A stretch of DNA of 14,171 bases from Fonticula alba ATCC 38817. Its lineage: Eukaryota; Protista; Nucleariida. The notes beneath the pieces are model-generated. The model saw nothing but the letters and a program-made list of their open reading frames with translations. It was not told where the DNA came from and did no database searches. Below, one piece after another: positions 1-8,408 of the stretch (position 1 is its first letter; each line of letters opens with the position of its first letter). The position numbers and the translations under genes are program-made. The stretch lies in assembly GCA_000388065.2 (NCBI GenBank), contig KB932202.1; one strand, 5' to 3'.

Positions 1-51
1 CAATGCATTGCGCATCGCGCGTGGTACACATACCGGATGCGCAGTAGGCCC

Positions 52-98
<47 letters not shown>

Positions 99-3000
99 AC
101 GTATGTGCATGTGATGTGTGGGAATAAAGTTAGCGAGTGCTTCGTGTGCTTGCCTCAATAAAGAAAAGGGGTAGATCCCCAGACAGACTGCTGGATTTGA
201 TGCGTACCTCGATTTCGGACTCCTCACAAAGGGTACCATCCTCAACGAAAAGGTCCGGAGGGCACATGGCGCCATACTGCTCAGGCCTGAGCGGAGCACG
301 CCGAGAAGAAGATAGACAGAGTGAGTAACGGCGGGCCCATTGGTGGGTGGCAAGATGTGCGGGATTCCATACCGGCAGGTCTCCGGAACATCACACTCGC
401 CAGCCTTCGGGCGGCAGACGTGCGTGGGGTCCTGGACAATCTGGCAGTTCTGGCAGCAAGCGGTATTCCCGTCGCTGGTTACCGACCGAGGGGTCCATAG
501 GGAGGCAGGGGTAAGTGGTGGGACAAGCGGTAGTGGCGGGTGAAAAAGGCAAAAGGCAGCCATGTCCGACAAGACAAGCGCGTGCGCGTGTTCGTGCGCG
601 CGCAGGGAGGGATGGCGAGGGGGGGGGGGGGGACGGAGCGGGGCAGACAACGAGAGGCGGATCCATGCAGGCAGGAAGGACAGGGACAGGGACAGGGACA
701 CACATTCGGACAAAGGGCACTTCCTGATGCGGAAGACCCACAAACAGACAGGGAGACACGCGGAAGACAGACTAAACAGAGGATGGTAACGGACAAAGGC
801 AGGCCATAGGGGCAGCCGCACACACTCACTCGCACACACCCAGACACCCATGAAGCATGCCCGGAAGATGCTTGACGTCGACAGAGAAAGGACTGTCTCC
901 GTGCATGGTCATCACACAACCACGAGCACACAAACTACAACTACCCTGCTGCTTCCCCCTCCGGTAGGAAGGGCTCTGTTTCGGGGCCGAAGCTTCCTGG
1001 ATGGTGGGCCTCATCATGACCACAGCCCGAGGAATGGCCATGGCCATCGGGACAATCGACACCAACCTGATGATTATCCCCCAGTTGATCCCCATCGAGA
1101 TGGTCATCATCCAGGATGCCACCGTGGAGGTATCCATCGGCATCCGGACGGCCATCCTCCAGATGATGCGCATCATCCAGATATCCTCCACGCGCCACGT
1201 GTCCGTCACTGTTGCCATCATCCTGCGGATGAACACCTTCGTGGCGATCATGCTGGATGTCGACTTCATAAGGATGGCGAACATTCGGATCGTGGCTGTC
1301 GGGCAAGCCCCCATCTGGGGCGTAGATATCGGAGTGGATGCCATCACGAGTGTGATTGCCTGGGGGGCCATCCATAGGGTCGTCCTCAAGAGGAAGGGAC
1401 TCCGAATCACCCGTGTCAAGGTGGCCAGCTGGATGACTTCCATCGGGATGGTTGCCAGGGCAATCATCAGGATGTCCGTGAGGATCATCGTCCGGATGCC
1501 CGTGAGGATCATCGTCCGGATGCCCGTGAGGATCACCATCTGGGTGGCCATCCGGCCAACCTTCGGACCCATGCCTGGATCCGCCTTCGGAGCCGCCCTC
1601 CGATCCGTCTCCCGGTTCGCTGTCAGAGTCAGAGCCGTACCTGCAGTTGGCACCAGGCTTCAAGGTGCAGTCGGAGTTGCAGCAGGGGTGATCCATGCAG
1701 CCAGTCTCGCCGCCACAGTCACACTCCTCCGGTAGCTCCCAGATACCATTGCCGCACATATTCCGGTTGAGCAGCTCTCGACCGCCGGGGTCCGCCAGAC
1801 AGCTGCTCCTGTCCGAGGCCATTCGGCTGCAAATGACCCGCTGCGAACACTCAGAGAAGCTGCTCTGACTGCTGGACGAGAGGGGGTTCATAATATACTG
1901 CTGCGCGCAGTTGCACCCATCCGAAGCCTCGGAGCACCGACAGCACTTGTCACCCTTCGGGCAGTCGGAGTTCATGCAGTCGTGATTGGCACCTGAGGGA
2001 GGGAGAGAGAGGGAGAGAGAGGGAGAGAGAGGGAGAGGGAGGGAGAGGGAGGGGGAGAGAGGGGGAGAGAACAAAAGGGAGGAACAGTGAATACGGCATG
2101 GTGGAGAATCAACCGAAAGGGAGAAGGGGGACACAGGCAAGGGAAGCATGTGCGTGCGATGCATGCGCACCGAAATTGTGACCAATCTCATGGGCCACAA
2201 TCAGCCACTCCTCGGAGGTGGGGGTCGACACGGCAGTGCCAGACACGTAGGAGCTGCTCTGCGCAAAGGACCGAACTTGACAGAGCATGTTCACCCAGGC
2301 AATGCCAACCGTATTTCCAGAGCTAAAAGAGAAGGGCCAAAAAGCAGAGGGACGGAGAGATAAACGGAGTCACAAAAAAGAAAGGCAAACCGAGTGAGTC
2401 GACAGCCACCCAAGGAAAGAAGGCAACACCGCTAAGGACAGCAAACAGCGGGCAGAGAAAGAGAGAGCGAAGGAGGGTGTGGGAAACGCACGCGCAGCGA
2501 CTCATCAGATGCCAAAGGCCGGCCTCAGTGCCGGTCTCCGGCTTGTCGGAAGACAGCCCTCCACGCCAGTGGCTGAAGTCACTCAGGCGCTCGGCGATGT
2601 CATACTTGTCCATGCAGCCGCGATTCCAGGATGGCTGGTCGCTGCAGGAGAGACGAATGCTCAGCTCGATGACACCGAGCGAGGTATGGAAAAGTGGCTC
2701 GTAGACATTGTTGGCCATTTGCACGTTGTTGAGGATGTACTCGGAGATGTCCCTGACATCGCCACCACGGAAGGTGGAGTAAGTGCAATCGGAGGCGAAC
2801 CCCATGTACAGGACCTTGGGGGTCAGGGGACACCCGGCAAAGGGAGCCATGGCACGGACTTCCTCCAGACTATAGGGGTTGTGGGTGAGATGGGAAACAT
2901 GCTGCGCTGCAGCCTGGACGTCTGGCATGAAGCCATCCTCCTCGGCAGAGGGGGTCTCCAACAAGGCAGACGCATGCTCATGGTGGTGATCATTGCCACA

Positions 3001-4702
3001 GGTGGGAACCGGGCCGCCAGGGATCAACTCCACGTCCGACTGGCGGAAGACCACCATGGACACATCGTCCGACACGATCAGAGTGTCGTCAGCCTCCGCG
3101 GGGAAGGATTCCTCGTCGACATGCTGCTCGGTCGGCTCGGCAGTGGCGGTGGCGGCGGCGGCGGCGGCGCTCGACCGCGTACGCACGGCCTTTCGCCGAA
3201 TGCGGAAGAAGGCCCCATCCATGGGCTCCGGCTGGGTGCTGAGGAAAGCATCTCCCTCGGAGGGAATGTTCCGGCTTGAGCGCGCGGCACTCGAGGGGAT
3301 GTAGTCCTCGGTCGGCAGCTGGGACAGAGCCGCCCGCTCGAAAGTCAGACGGCGCTGGATACGGAACAGCCGGTCGCCCGACCGATCGGCCGAATGAACG
3401 ACAGAACGCCGCGCGAAGGCCGACCCCTCGGGGGCATGGGAGAAGTCCACCAGCCCTTCGAGGACCGCAGTGCCGGTCGCCGAATCCAGGTGATGGATGG
3501 CCACCCGGGCGGAACCCTGCCCGAGGACGGGATGCTTGGCGGATCCACTGTGTGTGTGTGTGTGTGCGTATTGGAGAGGGAAGGAAGATCGGGAGAGGAA
3601 AGGAGAGTGAGGAAGAGAGAGAGAGAGAGAGAGAGAAGGGGGTTGACTTGAATGGCCCATCGGCGTCAAAGGAGAAAAGAGCGAGATGGCTGTGTACCGG
3701 TAGTAGATATGCTCGAACTTGTCGGTCATGTCGACCATCTCGCCGTTGGGACCCTCAGCCTTGAGGACGCATGGATTTTTATGGACGTGTGTGTTGGGTA
3801 GAGGGCAGGAGGGCAGGGAGAAGAGGAAAGGGAGTGCAAAGGGGGGCGGGAGGGGGGGGAGGGGGGGGGGGAGAAAGGTCGAGATGGAAGACAAACAGAG
3901 GCGATGTCAGTGAGGCGCCATGGCACATGCGCGAGTCCTGCGCCAGCGGACAGAAATAACGAGGCAGCCATCCGGAAAGCACCTTCAACACGAATCCCGG
4001 AGCAATGAGATCCTTGTCGATCTCCAGCTGAAGATCACACAAGGATCCCTCGTCCAGCGGCAGGGAAATGTCGATCCGATCTCCGTAACGCTGGCGGATG
4101 GCCGTCGAGGCGGGATTCCGGCGTTCATGCTTCACTCGGCGCGCGCTCAGCGGGCTGGCCAGCGAGTTGACAAAGGGGAAGGATCGGACCTCGACCGAGG
4201 TGAAAGCCTCCGCCTCATGGTACGGGTTGGAGTGGTCCTCAAAGTCATGCAGCGACCGCCGAGGGTCGCGGACGACGAATCGCGCAGTCAGCTGGCCCGG
4301 CGTGTTGGTTGGAGCCTGGCCTGGCGAGTTGCCATCCTTGTCTGCGGAGTGGAAGAGCTCGCGCCGGGACAAACGGTGCGACGCCTGCGGCGTAGGAATG
4401 ACCGCCAGGCGTCGGAGGCGGTGCGTCGGCTGGAACTTATTGTCGAATGCTGGGAGCAGAGCCACGGCCCGAGGGAGGGGTGAGACGCCGCACAAAACCC
4501 GAGGACAAAGAGGGAGATGGCCTGGGGGAGGATGTGAAAACGCACTGTCCGGGTACTGGGTATTCGGGGGAGGGATGGCAGCGCCCGGGGTCGGGAAAAC
4601 AGCCACCAACAGCATGGCCAGGGTCGCCATGAGGGCGACGACCTTGCGGACGACCCGCGTGCTTGGGGGCACTACAATGGCAGGCACATTGGGGCAATCC
4701 AT
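1..4702 (-). CDS. ADAM family (M12B reprolysin) metalloprotease-disintegrin, fungal ADM-like; 3' end lies beyond the window
   Basis: Hand-built exons: 4702-4546, 4449-3983, 3759-3698, 3547-2492, 2322-2171, 1992-1641, 474-373, 286-208, 52-<1. All introns are GT..AG with consistent phases (1,0,2,2,1,2,2,0). The product has a hydrophobic N-terminus (VVALMATLAMLLVAVF), a prodomain with a Cys-switch-like PTCGND, and a catalytic domain (CPLTPKVLYMGFASDC...RLSDFSHWRG...TVGIAWVNMLC). The zinc motif HEIGHNFGANHD is assembled across the 1993-2170 intron. It is followed by the disintegrin (CGNGIWELPEECDCG...CSDGNTACCQNC...CRPKAGECDVPETC) and the start of the Cys-rich region (CPPD...DGTLC...YCASGMCTTRDAQC). 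Intron 4450-4545 and the AAG acceptor at 3760 are the least certain junctions. Confidence 0.95.
54..97. repeat. (TG)22 microsatellite, (CA)n on the ADAM sense strand, abutting a 3' splice site
   Basis: Perfect dinucleotide run read directly from the sequence. Confidence 0.98.
678..700. repeat. (GGACAG)~4 hexanucleotide repeat in the ADAM intron
   Basis: ggacag ggacag ggacag ggaca. Confidence 0.9.
941..1640 (-). CDS. Putative alternative exon extension of the ADAM gene: 232-aa His/Asp/Gly/Pro-rich segment inside the long intron
   Basis: The frame of exon 1992-1641 stays open for 700 nt past the GTACGG donor at 1640, to TAG 943-941. Hand count: 44 D, 29 H and 0 K in 232 aa, with 4-residue periodicity (GHPD/DDPH). 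Composition switches to TG-rich, non-coding-like sequence right after the stop. Confidence 0.55.
1470..1541. repeat. 24-nt tandem repeat x3 (GGATGCCCGTGAGGATCATCGTCC), encoding GHPDDDPH on the minus strand
   Basis: Unit 1470-1493 differs from unit 1494-1517 by 1 nt, and the third unit matches for 18 nt. There are no spacers. Confidence 0.95.
1995..2070. repeat. GA/GGA-rich tract (CT-rich polypyrimidine tract of ADAM intron 1993-2170)
   Basis: Degenerate (GA)n/(GGGA)n directly upstream of the CAG acceptor on the minus strand. Confidence 0.9.
3549..3566. repeat. (TG)9 microsatellite abutting an ADAM 3' splice site
   Basis: The minus strand reads (CA)nCAG|TGGATCC. Confidence 0.95.
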
Positions 4703-5115
4703 CTTTCTTTTTTTTTTCGAAGAAAGAAAGAAGACAGGAGGGAGGAGGGAAGCAGTCAGCAGGCGTTCCCTCGGGCCATTCGTAGCGGGGCAGCGGAGTG
4801 TCTCCTCGCTCGTGGAGACTCGCTGTCTCTCTCGCTTTCTCGACGTGCGGGCTGGCGAACAGGAGCGCAGGGGGGGCGGGTGCAGGGACTGGGGTGAGGG
4901 GGCCAGGGAGCCGGAGCTAGTAGGGGGTTGTGGAGAGAGAGAGAGAGAGAGAGGGGAGGGGGAAGGGATGGAGGGAGAAGCAGTCTACCATGGCGCCTCC
5001 TGCGTGATGAAGGACAGGCCCACTTTAAAGATCCCCCCGGACCATTTGGGGCTGACCGCCCACATCGGGGGCGAGGCGCGATCTGCCTGGTGTATGCGGC
5101 GACCTCGATCCGGCA

Positions 5116-7239
5116 ATGCCGCCCACCGGCAGGAAGGGTCAACAACGCCCACACAGGCCGAGCCCTGCGCGGAGAAGGTCCCCCAAGATCGAGTCCGTGC
5201 ACACACGCGCGCGGGAATTGATCCGGCCGAGGCACCCCCTTCCTCGGCCGGATGAGCGCACGCGAACGGTTACCGAGGCCGGACGGTGGGTCTCTTTCGA
5301 GTCGACAAGGCCCGGGGACCATCCGTCACCGGTGGGGGGGGNNNNNNNNNNNNNNNNNNNNNNNNNNNNNNTTCGGGCCCAACGACGACGCGGAAGCCAC
5401 ACCACGGGGTCCAGGTGCGGGGGGGCCCGGACGCGGGGGCATCCGGGGGGAAGTCTGCTTGAGGCGGGATCGCTGCTCCCTTGCATCCCATCCCCAGAGC
5501 GGCTAGCAAACAGGCACAGGCATCCCGAGATCGGCCCGTCAGTCTACATGTCCTCTGGGGTTCTTTCTCCGTTGAGGGACGCCCCCCCCTCCCCCCCCCC
5601 CCCCCCCGGAGGCCCCCCCCCGCCGCCCCCCGCCCCCCGCGCGGCGCGCGCCCCCCCCGCCCCCCCGTCCAGAACGCCGGGGCCCCTTTCCCCCGGGAGG
5701 CCCGCCGCGGGAAAGCAGGAAGAGGCGAGGAGAAGCCCCGCACTCTTCCCCCTGGGGGCGCGCGGGGGATGGGGGGGGGGGGGGGGCGGCGGCAACAGGC
5801 GGAAGAGACTGCCACCGAGCGACGGCACCTTCCCGGCGGCCAGCCCCTGGCCCAAAGGGCCGTCCCCAGGAGGAAGGACCCAAATGAGAAGAAGCTAGCC
5901 CCTTCACGGCAAGAGCACATGCCACACCCCCGGGGCCCCCTCCCCCGTCTCTGGCCGACAGTCATATTCCCCACCACACAAGTGGCCGGTTGAATCTCCG
6001 GCCGGGGGCCAGCCGGGAGCGGTGCGCATGACCCCCCCCCCTCCCCCCGGCCGCCTCTCACCCGCGCCCGCCCCCAGGGGCGACCCGTTAGGCGTGTCTT
6101 CTCGGCCCAGGTACAGCCGCCGATCGCCTGCGAACTCTTGTCGCCGGTGGCCGCGCGTTTGCGGCCAACCCCGGAGATCAGGCCTCATCAGTCCCTTGGT
6201 TGGCCCTGCTACCGGCCCTTCGGGACCAGGGTGCCAGGCTTACCCGTGTGCCCCCCGACCGATGATATCATCCACCTCTCGGAGTGCTGCGTTGAGCCCG
6301 AGGTCTACCCAGGCCGACCAACCGCCCGCAGGGGGGATTTCTGTCGAACCCCCCCCCCCCTCCCGGCTGTGTGCCGGACTGCGACCCCGCACTGCCCGGA
6401 GAAAAGGCCCCCCCTGCCCGTCCGGCCCGGCGCCCGCGAACACCGGCGCCACGAGAGGCCCGAGTTCCCGCCGGCACTCCAGCCGCCGGGTACGCGGCCG
6501 AGCGCCTCGCGAACAAACAAGCGATAGAAAGCTCATCCACGGCACGCATGCCAGCCAGATGGATGTGCCTTTACCCCGGGCGCGGCGAGTGCCAGCGGAT
6601 GAGCCCTACACGGGGCTGCAGCGCCTGCTCCCGCCGGGCGTGCCCCTGCCCCCCCGCCGCCCCGTGGGCGGCGGACAGCCCGACTTGCACGGACGTCTGG
6701 CTGCTCGCTGGATGAGATCGCAGCACACAGCCCTCCTCCCCCCGAGCGCGGAACCTCCAACCTCCAGGAGATCATCCTCACAGCTGGCCGCAACAGCCTT
6801 CTCCCAAGCCTCGCCTTTTGCCGCCGTCTCTCAGAGGGGGCGGGGCGGACCACGAAAAACGGCACCGCCCCCCCCCCCCCCCCCCCCCCTTCAGAGAGCC
6901 GGGAAGCAGGACAAACTCCCAAGCACAGGTCTCTCCGCGAACGGAACTCCCCGCGAAATCCATCTGCACCAGGGAGCAACGGCCGGAAGAACACACCTTG
7001 CCACGCTCCCGGCACCTGCCCACATACACCCTCCTTCAGAGAAGCTGGCACCCCCCCCCGCCCCCCCCCGGCGGCGGCCGCCCCAGCCCCTGGTCCGAAA
7101 TTACCCACCCCGGCCCATGGAGCTTGCGCCTGTGGGAACGAGAAAGAGAGACCATGATCATTTTCACCACGAGGGGCGTGATCTGGGCACCTTTCACCGA
7201 TACACGCCTGCAAATGGAGAAGAGGACAGGTACATTTGA
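5116..7239 (+). other. Possible unrecognised plus-strand gene or pseudogene spanning the assembly gap; Pro/Arg-rich, no recognisable domain
   Basis: Long overlapping plus-strand open frames (5116-5898, 5481-5993, 6022-7239, 6138-6527). Codon-position GC is coding-like at 6063-6350 (hand count about 67/61/77%). Candidate intron 5415-5497 (GTGCGG...CCCCAG). No consistent gene model could be built. Confidence 0.3.
5342..5371. other. Assembly gap (30 N)
   Basis: Run of N flanked on the left by a G homopolymer; the true length is unknown. Confidence 1.
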
Positions 7240-7277
7240 CGAGGGGCGCACAAGAGGGACAGGGGGGGGGGAGGGGC

Positions 7278-7433
<156 letters not shown>

Positions 7434-7508
7434 AAACTTCATCGCTGCCGCCGGCAACAGGCGGCCGAGGGATAGGGCATGCATGCTGCTTTTGCGCGTC
7501 TGCGCCTC

Positions 7509-8369
7509 TCAGCGCAACAGGGAAATCAGCTCCTCGACCGCGCTCTCGGCGTTGCGCTCCTTGCCAAAGGCATTGTACATGAACTCGCGCTTCTTCCGCT
7601 GGAGCTTGAGCATGCGCTCCTCGACGGTGTTCTCCGCGATCAGGCGAACCACGCGCACCGGGGCCCGCTGGCCAATCCGATACACCCGGTCGATGGCCTG
7701 ACTCTCCAGGGCCGGATTCCACCAGGGATCCAGCAAGAACACCCGACTGGCGCAAGTGAGGTTCAGCCCAAGGCCACCGCACCGCAACGACACCAGGATC
7801 ACCGTCACGGTGGGGTCATTCTCGAATTGCTCGAGGGCCTCATTCCGCTCGCGCAGAGACATGGCACCATCGAAACGAACAAAGCGCATCCGGGCCCCGG
7901 CGGCCAGACTCCGAGGGTGGCCCGACCTAGATGACTGACCCCCCCCGTCGACACCGGACGCCGGGGGGGCACCCTGCGACGCGATCGGCACCGCAAAGCC
8001 CGTGCTCTCGAAGAAAGCCCCCACCACATGCAGCATAGATGTCCACTGGGAGAAGATGACACTCTTCACGCCCGGCGTTTTGTCCTGCAAGGTGCGCAGC
8101 TGCGCCAGCAGGGTGCTGATCTTGGCCGAAGGCTCGTGTCCACCGGCGCGAATTTGCTCCACCAGCATGGCCACATGCTGCGAAGGGGGCAGATCCACAC
8201 TGCTGCTTGCGGCATCGGTCTCCTCGGCCAGTAGGGACAAGGGATCCAGGCGCCCGGGGCGCCCCGGGGACAAGGGCGCGGCGGCATGGGGGCCAGCCTG
8301 TGAGGAGGGGGCCGCCTGGGCTACCGTCGCCGATGTGGAGACCGGGGACGCTGCCGAGGCGGCTACTGC

Positions 8370-8408
<39 letters not shown>

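Noticed and set aside
123-162. Two plus-strand AATAAA hexamers
   Set aside because: They lie in an ADAM intron, where they are U-rich sense-strand sequence, and no plus-strand gene is visible for them to terminate.
1470-1541. Direct repeats of CRISPR-like length (24 nt)
   Set aside because: The units are contiguous with no spacers, the context is eukaryotic and no cas genes are present.
1620-1640. 21-nt GT..AG micro-intron (GTACGGCTCTGACTCTGACAG) at the start of the His/Asp module
   Set aside because: Far shorter than any other intron here (minimum 71 nt); it would not change the frame anyway.
2479-5255. Long plus-strand ORFs (2479-3279, 3276-3764, 3920-4483, 4098-5255)
   Set aside because: Antisense shadows of the GC-rich ADAM exons, with no recognisable motifs.
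6255-6285. PTDDIIHL resembling the reverse transcriptase YxDD motif
   Set aside because: There is no aromatic residue before DD, no other RT motifs, and no LTR or terminal repeat visible.
7150-7207. Minus-strand VKGAQITPLVVKMIM resembling the N-terminus of MPN proteins (CSN5, eIF3h)
   Set aside because: It needs an indel in a conserved helix, the following His and JAMM motifs are absent, and the match is too short to support.
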